Of a DNA stretch of 39,323 bases, positions 9,887 to 19,247 are shown piece by piece. Source of the stretch: an uncultured Armatimonadaceae bacterium (lineage in GTDB: Bacteria > Armatimonadota > Armatimonadia > Armatimonadales > Armatimonadaceae); the NCBI GenBank assembly GCA_964252165.1, contig CAXUMS010000014.1, positions 1 through 39,323 on the forward strand. The letters are read 5' to 3'. Made by a program: the position numbers and the translations under genes. Positions within the stretch are counted from its first letter, which is position 1; the number at the start of each line of letters is the position of its first letter. The notes beneath the pieces are model-generated. The model did not search any database. It had not been told where the DNA came from and saw only the letters and a program-made list of their open reading frames with translations.

Positions 9887-11581
9887 TTAAACTTCCGCCT
9901 CGCGCGGTACGCCGCCCGGCATCGAATCGCGGTCCCGGTGCGCGTCCGCCTCGTCTTCAATTTGATACTCGTACGCTTCCCACGTCACCACGGGAATCTT
10001 GTCGAAGTTGTGGGTGGGCGGTGGGGACGGGATCGTCCATTCCAAACCGACCGCGCCCCACGGGTTGGGGCCAGCGACCTTGCCGTACTTGAGCGACCAC
10101 AGGAAGTAAACGAACGGGATCAGGAACCCGACGCCCAAAACCGATGCACCCGCCGACGACAGAATCTGCCACATCTGATATTCCGGCGCATAGAAGTGGT
10201 AGCGGCGCGGCATACCCAAGTAGCCCACGATGAACTGCGGGAAGAACGTCAGGTTGAACCCGACGAACAAGATCGCCGCGCCCAGTTTCGCCCACGACTC
10301 CGGGTACAAACGCCCCGTCATCTTGGGCCACCAGAAGTGAACGCCGCCCAGATAGCCTAAGAGCGCGCCGCCGACCATGATGTAGTGGAAGTGAGCGACC
10401 ACAAAGTAGGTCGCGGTCAGGTGAATATCGGTTGCAAGAGAGGCGAGGAACAGGCCGGTAAGCCCGCCCACGACGAACAAGCCGATGAAGCCTAGCGCGT
10501 ACAGCATGCTCGCGGAAAACTCGACCGACCCTTTGTAGATCGTCGCCATCCAGTTGAACACCTTGATCGCAGAGGGAATCGCGACAAGGAACGAGATAAC
10601 CGAAAACACCATGCTCGAATACATGCTTTGCGAGGTCGCGAACATATGGTGACCCCACACGATGAACCCGAAGACCGCAATCGCAATCGAGGAGAACGCA
10701 ACAAACGAATACCCGAAGATACGCTTTTTGGTGTTCGCCGCGATCAGTTCCGACACCACGCCAAGCGAGGGCAGAATCATGATGTAGACGGCGGGGTGCG
10801 AGTAGAACCAAAACATGTGCTGGAACAGAACGGGATCGCCGCCAAGCTCCGGGCTGAAAATCCCGATGTGAAACGCGCGCTCAACCACAACGAGAAGGAG
10901 CGTAATTGCGACAACCGGCGTTCCCAAAACGATGATAACCGACGTTGCATACATCGCCCAGATGAACAGCGGCAGGCGGAACCAGGTCAGGCCCGGCGCG
11001 CGCATCTTATGGATGGTGACGATGAAGTTGATACCGGTCGCAATCGAGGAGAACCCGACGATAAAGATGCCCAGAATCGCGAGCGAAACGTTCGAGTTCG
11101 AGTACAGGCTGGAATACGGCGTGTAGAACGTCCAGCCGGTTTCCACACCGCCGAACGTCAGCGCGCCAATGGTCATCAAGGACCCGACCATGTAAAGGTA
11201 CCAGGACAAAAGGTTCAAGCGCGGGAATGCAAGGTCGCGGGCGCCGATCATGAGCGGCACCAGGAAGTTGCCCAATGTCGCCGGGATAGACGGCACTAGG
11301 AACAAGAACACCATCACGATGCCGTGGGCGGAAAACATCTTGTTGTAGCTTTCGCTTGACAAGATTTGTCCCGCCGGGTTGGTGAGTTCAAGCCGCACCA
11401 TGCCCGCCGCGAATGCGCCCAACCCGAACATGAACGTGATCGAGATCAGGTACATGAGCGCGATGCGCTTGTGATCGCCGGTGAGCAACCACGATTTGAC
11501 CGTGTTGCCCATCGTAATATAGTTGGCCCGCTCTACCCGCGACGTTGTCGTGGCGGGGGTATCTAAGAATGTTACTGCCAT
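9887..11581 (-). CDS. ctaD: cytochrome c oxidase subunit I (heme-copper oxidase catalytic subunit)
   Basis: 564 aa with 12 TM helices. Canonical [31 protein letters not shown] and WGHHMF motifs. Confidence 0.95.
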   Translation of the reverse strand: MAVTFLDTPATTTSRVERANYITMGNTVKSWLLTGDHKRIALMYLISITFMFGLGAFAAGMVRLELTNPAGQILSSESYNKMFSAHGIVMVFLFLVPSIPATLGNFLVPLMIGARDLAFPRLNLLSWYLYMVGSLMTIGALTFGGVETGWTFYTPYSSLYSNSNVSLAILGIFIVGFSSIATGINFIVTIHKMRAPGLTWFRLPLFIWAMYATSVIIVLGTPVVAITLLLVVVERAFHIGIFSPELGGDPVLFQHMFWFYSHPAVYIMILPSLGVVSELIAANTKKRIFGYSFVAFSSIAIAVFGFIVWGHHMFATSQSMYSSMVFSVISFLVAIPSAIKVFNWMATIYKGSVEFSASMLYALGFIGLFVVGGLTGLFLASLATDIHLTATYFVVAHFHYIMVGGALLGYLGGVHFWWPKMTGRLYPESWAKLGAAILFVGFNLTFFPQFIVGYLGMPRRYHFYAPEYQMWQILSSAGASVLGVGFLIPFVYFLWSLKYGKVAGPNPWGAVGLEWTIPSPPPTHNFDKIPVVTWEAYEYQIEDEADAHRDRDSMPGGVPREAEV

Positions 11582-11587
11582 AGCCGT

Positions 11588-12787
11588 CTAACGCTCCCCT
11601 CCATACATATAACGCCACTGCTGGCTCCACGTGTTCGCCGCCGGCACCTGCGGGTCAATGTTGCCGCCATCTTCCGATGTCGGACCGGAACCGGTTTTTC
11701 CCGTGCTGGACGACGCGCCCGTACCGGGATCGCCCGCCGCCATACCCACGCCGCCCGGGCCGCCGCCCGTGGTCGGGCGACCTTCGGCTATATTCTCCGC
11801 CGCGCCGCCTATGTTCTTGCCGGTTCCCAGCGTCTTGATGTACGCGTTGACGGCGAGGACTTCTTCCTCGGTCATCACACCCTTATAGGACGGCATTCCC
11901 TGCGGCCAGCCCGCGAGCGTGTACTCGTTCGGGTAGTAAACAACGTTGCGAAGATAACCGTCGTCGGCGACAACCTGCCGCCCATCGGCGAGTTGACGAC
12001 GCTTACCGTAGATACCGGCAAGGCTCGGGCCGCGTCCGCGCGCAATACCCGCCGCGCCGTGGCACGAATTACACTGGTACTTGCTGAACAACGCCGCGCC
12101 GCTCTGCTCCATCGTGACGCCGCCGGTTTTGCTGGCGACGCCGACAGTCGCAACCGGCCTCGCCCCGCCCGACGCGTACCACCGCTGGTAGTCGGCTTTG
12201 CTCATCACGTAAACCCAGCCACCCATTTCGGAGTGTTGCGTTCCGCAGTACATGTTGCAGTACAGGTGAAACTTGCCGGTACGAATCGGCGTGAGCCAGA
12301 ACGACGTGTACCGCCCCGGCTCGACATGACGTTGCAAACGAAACTCCGGGACGTAAAAGGCGTGTATCACGTCCTGCGAGATCATCGTCAAGCGCACCGG
12401 CTCACCCACGGGAATATGCAGTTCGTTGTTTTCCCGGATGCCGTTGGTGTGCTGAAGGTGCCACATCCACTGCTTACCGATAACGTAAACCTCTTTGGGG
12501 TTCTTCGGCGGCGTGAACACGCCCGCATACAACTTTGTGGACCACACGAACACGCCCAGCGCGAGCAGTAATGGCCCCACACTCCACGTTAGTTCGAGGA
12601 TCGTGTTATGCCCCATCGGGCGAGACCGGTCTACTTTGGCGCCTCGTCGGTACCGAACCGCAAGAAAGATAATTCCCGCCGACACGATGATCGTAAAGAC
12701 CAGCGTCAACGCCAACAGCAGGAGGAAAAGTTTGTCCACGTCCTCGGCGAACTGCGAAGCCGCCTCGGGACGCAAGGGAAAATTCAT
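11588..12787 (-). CDS. ctaC: cytochrome c oxidase subunit II with C-terminal cytochrome c domain (caa3-type)
   Basis: Two N-terminal TM helices. CuA motif H...CNMYCGTQHSEM. C-terminal heme c site CNSCHG. Gly-rich tail. Confidence 0.9.
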   Translation of the reverse strand: MNFPLRPEAASQFAEDVDKLFLLLLALTLVFTIIVSAGIIFLAVRYRRGAKVDRSRPMGHNTILELTWSVGPLLLALGVFVWSTKLYAGVFTPPKNPKEVYVIGKQWMWHLQHTNGIRENNELHIPVGEPVRLTMISQDVIHAFYVPEFRLQRHVEPGRYTSFWLTPIRTGKFHLYCNMYCGTQHSEMGGWVYVMSKADYQRWYASGGARPVATVGVASKTGGVTMEQSGAALFSKYQCNSCHGAAGIARGRGPSLAGIYGKRRQLADGRQVVADDGYLRNVVYYPNEYTLAGWPQGMPSYKGVMTEEEVLAVNAYIKTLGTGKNIGGAAENIAEGRPTTGGGPGGVGMAAGDPGTGASSSTGKTGSGPTSEDGGNIDPQVPAANTWSQQWRYMYGGER

Positions 12788-12811
12788 CTAATTCGCTACG
12801 CCTTGTCTAAT

Positions 12812-13795
12812 TTAACGTCTGTTTGTGTTGTTGAGCGTCGTACCATCGCCTGATGTCGCCCCGCCTACCAACGCCGCGCCCGGCAAACCGTTTCGCCGCG
12901 ACGCGCCGTCTTTAACGTCCTTGCGGAACATCATCAGCATAAACGAGCCGACAATGAACACGGTGGCAAAGCCCGCGACCTGCATCACACGGAAAATCGC
13001 TAATCCGTACGTTCCCTGCTGGGGGTCGTAGTGGTAGCAGTAGAGGATAATCTTCTCCGCGACCGACCCGATTTTACCCTGCCCCGCCTCGGTCAGCGCC
13101 AATCGCAAATCCTTGTCCGGGTACGAAACGCCGTACAGATACCGTGACACTTTGCCCTGTGGCGTCAACAAGATAATGCCGGAGGGGTGCGCGTACTGAT
13201 CCGTTTTCACGTCGTATACGTACCGAAAGCCGATTTCATCCGCAAACTTCTTGATGGACGATTGATCGCCCGTCAGAAAGTGCCAACCCAAATCCGCGCC
13301 GGGCTGGTTCAGCATGGCGAGGTACTCGCGCTTTTTCGCGGTCGCCAAGTCCGCGCCTTCTTTCGGGTTGATCGAAATCGTCACCACCTCGAAGTCGCGC
13401 CCAACCTTGTACTTGAGTTTGGCGAAGGCGTCAATCATGCCGTCCAACTCCTGCGTACAAATGCCGGGGCAACGGTAAAACGGCAAAACCACGATCACCG
13501 GCTTTTTGCCGAAGTATGTGGACAGCGGCACGGTTTTACCCGCCTCATCCCGGAACGGCGTAGCGAGTGTAACCTGCGCATCTAATTTCTGGTCGAGGCT
13601 GACATCTTTCGCAGCATTGATCGGCTGGAGACGCCCGTTGGAGTCGAGCGAATCCTGACCAGGAGCCGCGCCCGCGCTACGCGGGTCCTGCGCCCAGGCC
13701 GCGCGATCGTTCCCTGCTCCGAAGAGCGCGGTAACGGCTATCGCAACGCTTGCCGCGACAGTTGCGGCTATATGCAAACGATTTCGCGATCTCAT
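12812..13795 (-). CDS. SCO1/SenC copper chaperone, membrane anchored
   Basis: Thioredoxin-like domain with CPGICTQELD (CxxxC) and a downstream His. N-terminal TM, extra C-terminal TM and Gly-rich tail. Positioned between the ACIII and cox genes. Confidence 0.85.
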   Translation of the reverse strand: MRSRNRLHIAATVAASVAIAVTALFGAGNDRAAWAQDPRSAGAAPGQDSLDSNGRLQPINAAKDVSLDQKLDAQVTLATPFRDEAGKTVPLSTYFGKKPVIVVLPFYRCPGICTQELDGMIDAFAKLKYKVGRDFEVVTISINPKEGADLATAKKREYLAMLNQPGADLGWHFLTGDQSSIKKFADEIGFRYVYDVKTDQYAHPSGIILLTPQGKVSRYLYGVSYPDKDLRLALTEAGQGKIGSVAEKIILYCYHYDPQQGTYGLAIFRVMQVAGFATVFIVGSFMLMMFRKDVKDGASRRNGLPGAALVGGATSGDGTTLNNTNRR

Positions 13796-13819
13796 AGTTG
13801 TTTCGCTTTTTCTACGCTT

Positions 13820-14566
13820 CTAATTGCTCTGACGGTTCGGCAACGGTCCCGCCCCGCCCGGATTGCTGACGCCCGGCGCGGGCGTCGCCGCCGCGCCTCT
13901 GTTCGGACCGGGCGACGTAACCGAGGTTCCCGGCGCGTTCGGCTCGGCGGGAACCGACGGCTTTTCGCCCTCGACATTCGCCGCGCCTTTGACCTGACTT
14001 GCGGGAACATTGGCGTCGCCCGAGTTAAGCGCGTCCACGCCGCCGTGACCTTCGCTCGTCATGTCGCCCGATTTATCATTGTTAGAACGAGACGGATCCA
14101 CGTTGTCGTAGATGCCGCTACCGGGGTACGCATCCGCCTTCGCTGGGGCATTGCTACCCGTCACCCCCGCGATACCGCGCGCGGCGTACAGGTCTATCGC
14201 GCGGTCCACTGGAATGCTCGCGGTCGCGGATGTCGCGCCCGGACCGTAGCCCTCGACTACCTGTTTTTCCGCCGTTCTATACTCAATCATATCGCGTACA
14301 GGATGGGCTTGCAGTTGCGGATTGGGCGGAAATTTCGTGCGCGGGCTTGCCGAGTTCGATAGCGGCGACACCCTTTCCTGCTCGGACGATTTCGGCACAA
14401 AGAACGGATACAAGACATTCGAGACGAAGAACGTGATGCCAGCGATGAACGCAAACAAGAAGACCAGCCACTTGACAAGGGTTCCCATAGCCACGTCACG
14501 CGTTTCGTAGCTCATGGACTCCAGAACATCCAAACGGGCATTGTCGGCGGTGTTGGATTTTCGCAT
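13820..14566 (-). CDS. membrane-anchored hypothetical protein; possible accessory subunit (ActG-like?)
   Basis: 248 aa with one N-terminal TM helix and a Pro/Ala/Gly/Ser-rich periplasmic tail. No CXXCH. Tightly coupled between actF and sco. The functional call is positional only. Confidence 0.4.
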   Translation of the reverse strand: MRKSNTADNARLDVLESMSYETRDVAMGTLVKWLVFLFAFIAGITFFVSNVLYPFFVPKSSEQERVSPLSNSASPRTKFPPNPQLQAHPVRDMIEYRTAEKQVVEGYGPGATSATASIPVDRAIDLYAARGIAGVTGSNAPAKADAYPGSGIYDNVDPSRSNNDKSGDMTSEGHGGVDALNSGDANVPASQVKGAANVEGEKPSVPAEPNAPGTSVTSPGPNRGAAATPAPGVSNPGGAGPLPNRQSN

Positions 14567-14569
14567 AAT

Positions 14570-15862
14570 TTAATGGGCCTCCGCCATCGCCGCCGCATCC
14601 AAAAGGCGCGTATCGTGGGCGGGCAATATCGAATGCTTACGCAGGCTCGTAAAGAACAAGGCGAACCAGATACCGCCAATTCCCGCGATTGCGGCGAGGT
14701 CAAGCGCGTAAGCGGGCAAGTCTGCGATCGACAAACCGCGCCGGAAGAACGGCGTCACCTGCCAGAACATATCCACAAAGCGCACGAAGAAAATCCACAG
14801 CGCGATGCGCCGCAGAAGATGCGGATAGCGCTTCGATTTGCCGGAGAGCAAGAGCAGGAACGGCAGAAAGAACTGGCCCAGGATCAGGAACGCGCCAATG
14901 AACACCGAGCCGCCACGGAAACGGTTGTAGTAGAACACGACCTCTTCCGGCAGGTTGCCCGACCAGATGATCAGGAACTGCGACAGCGAGATATACGCCC
15001 ACAACATGGTGAACATGAACAGCAAGTTGCCGAAGTCTTTGGTCAGGGCGGGCGTGATGACCTCGCTGTACGGCTTGCGGTCGGCAAGGCGGCACACAAT
15101 GTACGTGGCAAGCGCCATGGCCGCCTGCCCGCCCGTGACGGCGAACCACACACCGTAGATGGTCGAGTACCATTCCGACAGCGACATCACCCAGTCCGTG
15201 AAGCCGAATGTCACAATGATGAACAGAATGACGAAAAACGGCGCGGAAATATCGGTTCGATTTTGAAGCAAGTTCAAGTCTTTGGTGCGGTCCTGCTTCA
15301 GCGACGAGGCGTTGAGATAGCTCGTCACGCCGATCAGAACGCCAAAGTAGATCACGGACCGGCCGATCCAGAACCAGATGTTGAAGAACGCCGCTCTATG
15401 CTCCCAAATCTCCTCGCCCTTGACCGAGTCGGGATTAGCCCACGGGTAAATCTGACCGTGAAACGCGCCCCAAGCAATGAAAAGAAAAAGGCCAGCCATC
15501 AAGACAAGGTTGCGGTTGCCTGCCTCTAATATGCGAAGGATCGCGGTTCCCCATGAACCTCGAACCATATGATGAAGCATGGTCAGGCCGACGCAACCAA
15601 TGGTCAGCGCGACCCAGAACACCCAGCCGTACAGAAACGACGTGTAAAAGTCGCGGGGCGACAGGATGAACCCGATGACAAGGCCAATCGCGCCAAGCAC
15701 GCCCACGACTGTTGAGAAACTGCGCGCGGTTCCGAACGCCTTTAAGATCGGCCCTCGTCCTCCATCACCGCTCCCGCCGCCGTTGTCATAAACGTTAGCG
15801 TCGTGACCGCTGTGGTGGTTGCCGTCGTCGTCGTGATTATCTATAACTGTGGTGGTTCTCAT
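14570..15862 (-). CDS. actF: alternative complex III subunit ActF (NrfD-like membrane subunit)
   Basis: 430 aa polytopic membrane protein, NrfD/PsrC-like. Asp/His-rich N-terminal extension. Position after actE. Confidence 0.75.
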   Translation of the reverse strand: MRTTTVIDNHDDDGNHHSGHDANVYDNGGGSGDGGRGPILKAFGTARSFSTVVGVLGAIGLVIGFILSPRDFYTSFLYGWVFWVALTIGCVGLTMLHHMVRGSWGTAILRILEAGNRNLVLMAGLFLFIAWGAFHGQIYPWANPDSVKGEEIWEHRAAFFNIWFWIGRSVIYFGVLIGVTSYLNASSLKQDRTKDLNLLQNRTDISAPFFVILFIIVTFGFTDWVMSLSEWYSTIYGVWFAVTGGQAAMALATYIVCRLADRKPYSEVITPALTKDFGNLLFMFTMLWAYISLSQFLIIWSGNLPEEVVFYYNRFRGGSVFIGAFLILGQFFLPFLLLLSGKSKRYPHLLRRIALWIFFVRFVDMFWQVTPFFRRGLSIADLPAYALDLAAIAGIGGIWFALFFTSLRKHSILPAHDTRLLDAAAMAEAH

Positions 15863-16887
15863 CGCCCGCCGTTCGTCCCAGCGCCCGTCGCGCCTGTTGT
15901 TGCGCCGCTCGCGCCGCCCGCCCCGATACCCGATGCGGGCGCGTTGCCGCTACCCGGAGGTCGCCCGGCCGGTCCGGGCAAGGTCCCACCGACTGGCGTT
16001 CCGGTTCCCGCATCTTCCGCCCCGCGAATGGTTCCGTTGCGCGCGCCCGGCGCCTCGCCGCCTTCGGTTCGGTTCGGCGGGGTTGTTCCCCTGACGCCGC
16101 CGCCGCCGCTCACGCCGTTCCGTCCCATCGCGCCGTTTTCGCCGCTTCCAAGTTCGGGGTTACCTGCCGGGCTTTGCAAACCGCTGTTCCCTTGCGCCGC
16201 CTGAGACGCGCGCATTTCATTCAATTGGCCTTGAATTTCGGCGGGAACCTCGGTGTTCGGGGCGTTGCGCGACAGCTGAAGCGCGCGAATATACGCGACA
16301 ACCGCCCAGCGGTCGTTCACGTCCTGGATGCGCGACGAATAGCCGTACATCACGCCGTAGCCGTTTACGATCACGTCATAGAAGTGACCGTCCTCGATTT
16401 TGCGGAGCCGGTCGGTATGATACGACGCAGGCAGTTTTTGCCAGTAGCCCAAACCGCGCTGGGTGATCATGCCGTTGCCGTCGCCGACCCGGCTATGGCA
16501 CGGCGAACAGTAAGCGTTGTAGCGGCTTTGCCCCCGGAGTAGCATGGCTTTGGGAGAATCGAACGAGCGCACGGTCGCGGCGGGAATGGTCTTGACCAGT
16601 TTGCCGTTGACGTAGCCGGTGTAAATGGCGTCATCTAATTTTAAGCCGTTCTGCGCCACGGTTCCGGGAACCAGCGGTCTGGACGACTGCTTATCCGCGA
16701 AAAAGTCGCTTTCGTAGTACGGCTTGATCTTGGGCTGCGCCCACATATCCACATGGCAACCGGACGCCGCGACAAGGCCAGTGAGCGTCAGGGTCGCAAG
16801 GGCGTACCGCTGCGTTGTCGCACTTAATTTTGTTTGTTTCAGCAATCGCATGATTTTAGCGCGGGAAGTCATTTTCATAGCCCGCAA
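15859..16887 (-). CDS. actE: alternative complex III subunit ActE (monoheme cytochrome c lipoprotein)
   Basis: Signal plus lipobox LVAASGC. Single CSPCH heme site. Roughly 120 aa Gly-rich C-terminal tail. Confidence 0.8.
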   Translation of the reverse strand: MRAMKMTSRAKIMRLLKQTKLSATTQRYALATLTLTGLVAASGCHVDMWAQPKIKPYYESDFFADKQSSRPLVPGTVAQNGLKLDDAIYTGYVNGKLVKTIPAATVRSFDSPKAMLLRGQSRYNAYCSPCHSRVGDGNGMITQRGLGYWQKLPASYHTDRLRKIEDGHFYDVIVNGYGVMYGYSSRIQDVNDRWAVVAYIRALQLSRNAPNTEVPAEIQGQLNEMRASQAAQGNSGLQSPAGNPELGSGENGAMGRNGVSGGGGVRGTTPPNRTEGGEAPGARNGTIRGAEDAGTGTPVGGTLPGPAGRPPGSGNAPASGIGAGGASGATTGATGAGTNGGR

Positions 16888-16889
16888 TT

Positions 16890-17621
16890 CTACTTGGCAA
16901 CCTCGGCGACATTAAGCGCGCCGTTCAATCCGCGCAAGAACGTCGCTGTTTCCGCCCCAAATTTAGGGTCGTGCGCCTCAATACACAAGAAAAACCGGTC
17001 CTGCGAGGCGCGGTCGAAGTTCGGCGCATTCATAATGGACTGGTACGGTTGCGGCAACTTGTTCAGCGCGAACATCCCGAACACTGCGGTGAACGCGGCG
17101 AACAAGATTGTACACTCATACGCAATCGGGATCATCTGCGGCCAAGACAAAAGCGGGCGTCCGCCCACGTTCCACGCATAGTCCGCGACCATCACAAAAT
17201 ATTGAAGAGCGATACCTGTTGTACACCCGGCGACCGCGCCGCCAAAAATCATCCACGGCAGGCGCCAGTCATCGAACCGAAGCGCGTCGGTGAGACCGTG
17301 GATCGGGAACGGCGAGTATGCATCCATCCGCGTGTACCCGGCTTCGCGGGCGCGGTGGGTCGCGGCGAGCAACTCGTCCGGGTCCGCGAACTCCACTGTC
17401 ATACCGTAAACGCCTGGCTCAACCGCCAAGTGTCCGGGCGGCGGCGTGTGGTCGTGCGAGCCGTGACCATGCGCGCCGCCGCCGTCGTCCTCTTCGTGGC
17501 TGACGCTTACCTGACCGTGATCGGCGTGATCCGCGCCCCGGCCCGTTGCGCTACGCCTGCCCGATTCGGTTCGGATCGGGTCCTGATTTTCATCGCCGGG
17601 ATCATACGTTCGTGACGCCAT
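16890..17621 (-). CDS. actD: alternative complex III subunit ActD (DUF3341)
   Basis: 243 aa. Central TM plus conserved ActD-like C-terminal domain. His-rich N-terminal extension ADHADHG...GAHGHGSHDH. Confidence 0.7.
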   Translation of the reverse strand: MASRTYDPGDENQDPIRTESGRRSATGRGADHADHGQVSVSHEEDDGGGAHGHGSHDHTPPPGHLAVEPGVYGMTVEFADPDELLAATHRAREAGYTRMDAYSPFPIHGLTDALRFDDWRLPWMIFGGAVAGCTTGIALQYFVMVADYAWNVGGRPLLSWPQMIPIAYECTILFAAFTAVFGMFALNKLPQPYQSIMNAPNFDRASQDRFFLCIEAHDPKFGAETATFLRGLNGALNVAEVAK

Positions 17622-17624
17622 CGT

Positions 17625-19112
17625 TTAATGTCCCGCCTTTGCCGAGGTTACTGTCGCCGTACCGACCGCCGCTCCGTGTCCGTCAATACCGTCCTCGTGG
17701 GCGGAAACGCCGTGGGCGAGGCCCATGTGCGTGTACTTGTGGTACAGTTCACGAATCTCGTAAATGTTGATCATGGGCAGGAACTTCACGAACAGGAACA
17801 TCAAGAACGTGAACAAGCCCATCGTTCCCAGGAACATCGCAAAGTCCCAGAAGGTCGGCTTGTACATACCCCACGACGACGGCAGGAAGTCGCGGTGAAG
17901 CGAGATAGGAATGATAACAAACCGCTCCAGCCACATACCGACATTGACGAACTGCGACACGACAAAGAGCGCAATCGGGTTGTAGCGCATCTTCTTCGAC
18001 CAGAAGAGTTGCGGCACCAAACCGTTACAAACCAGAAGCGCAAAGTAGTACGGCGAATACGGCCCGTGCAGTCGGTTCCAGACCAGGTACAGCTCGTAGC
18101 GGTTGCCGCTGTACCAGCCGTAGAACATCTCCATCATGTAACCGTAGAAGACGATAAGCCCGGTCGCGAGCAGAATCTTCGCCATCCAGTCCATGTGAAC
18201 GTCGGTGATGAAGTCCTTAAGGCCAAACAAAGCGCGAAGCGGCAGACCGAATGTGATAACCATCGCGAAGCCCGCGAAAACGGCCCCGGCGACAAAGTAC
18301 GGCGGGAAAATTGTCGTGTGCCAGCCCGGGACGATACCGGTGGCAAAGTCGAAGGAAACGATGGTGTGAACCGACAAAACCAGCGGGGCGGAAAGCCCAG
18401 CGAGAATGGTGTAGATGGTCTCGTAGCGGCTCCAGTGCTTCGCCGACCCAACCCAGCCCATCGAGGCGATACCGTAGCAGAACTTGGCGAACGGCGAGCG
18501 GGACCGGTCTCGAAGCGTCGCAATGTCGGGAACCAGACCGACGAACCAGAACATGATCGAAACAAGCGCGTACGTCGAAACCGCGAAAACGTCCCACATC
18601 AGCGGCGAGCGGAACTGCGGCCACATTCCCAGGATATTCGGATACGGGAACAACCAGTAAGCGACCCATTGACGCCCGACATGGAGAAGCGGATACAAAC
18701 CCGCACAGACGACCGCAAAGATCGTCATCGCCTCCGCGAATCGGTTGATACTGGTGCGCCATTGTTGCCGGAACAAAAGAAGAACCGCCGAGATCAGCGT
18801 TCCCGCGTGACCGATGCCGATCCACCACACAAAGTTGATGATGTCGAACGCCCAGCCGACCGGGATATTGTTCCCCCAGATTCCGATACCGCGTAGCAAA
18901 AGCCACGTGATAGACATCAAAAGGACATTGACCAGGATAAAGGCGACGCCGACGACCGCGAACCAGACGAGCGGCGGACGCGGCGTCAGAACGACGCGTC
19001 CGATAACATCGGTAATTGTTTCGTAGTCATGCCGCCCGTCAAGGAAATTCTCGACCGGCGGATGCGCCACTGCGGTAGTTCCGTTTCGGGCGGAGGGTTG
19101 TGTCGCTGCCAT
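17625..19112 (-). CDS. actC: alternative complex III subunit ActC (NrfD/PsrC-like quinol-interacting membrane subunit)
   Basis: 495 aa with about 10 TM helices, NrfD-like. Position after actB. Confidence 0.8.
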   Translation of the reverse strand: MAATQPSARNGTTAVAHPPVENFLDGRHDYETITDVIGRVVLTPRPPLVWFAVVGVAFILVNVLLMSITWLLLRGIGIWGNNIPVGWAFDIINFVWWIGIGHAGTLISAVLLLFRQQWRTSINRFAEAMTIFAVVCAGLYPLLHVGRQWVAYWLFPYPNILGMWPQFRSPLMWDVFAVSTYALVSIMFWFVGLVPDIATLRDRSRSPFAKFCYGIASMGWVGSAKHWSRYETIYTILAGLSAPLVLSVHTIVSFDFATGIVPGWHTTIFPPYFVAGAVFAGFAMVITFGLPLRALFGLKDFITDVHMDWMAKILLATGLIVFYGYMMEMFYGWYSGNRYELYLVWNRLHGPYSPYYFALLVCNGLVPQLFWSKKMRYNPIALFVVSQFVNVGMWLERFVIIPISLHRDFLPSSWGMYKPTFWDFAMFLGTMGLFTFLMFLFVKFLPMINIYEIRELYHKYTHMGLAHGVSAHEDGIDGHGAAVGTATVTSAKAGH

Positions 19113-19140
19113 TAATTAATTCTCGCTTCGCTCACGGGAA

Positions 19141-19234
19141 GGTGTTGGGTGTTAGGTGTTAGGTGTGTAAGTATCTGAAGTGGTCTCGAAAGACTATCTC
19201 AATACCCAACGCCTAACACCTAACACCCAACACC
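19141..19234. repeat. intercistronic inverted repeat built from GGTGTT(A/G) units, between actB and actC
   Basis: 25-bp arms GGTGTTGGGTGTTAGGTGTTAGGTG (19141-19165) and the reverse complement at 19210-19234 with one mismatch. 44-nt loop. Lies 6 nt downstream of the actB stop and about 28 nt upstream of the actC ATG. Confidence 0.7.
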
Positions 19235-19247
19235 TTCTTTTCTCTTC

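Noticed and set aside
9957-11299. ORFs 9957..10811(-), 9938..10360(+) and 10628..11299(+) overlapping coxI
   Set aside because: They are embedded in the unambiguous 564-aa CoxI frame. Their products are Arg/Asp-rich with no membrane character.
14573-15529. ORF 14573..15529(+) 318 aa antisense to actF
   Set aside because: Highly charged low-complexity translation. ActF on the other strand has a coherent membrane-protein sequence.
17628-18906. ORFs 17628..18896(+) 422 aa and 18217..18906(-) 229 aa overlapping actC
   Set aside because: They are antisense or alternate-frame to the NrfD-like ActC. The products are extremely charged (R/D/E/H) and not plausible proteins.
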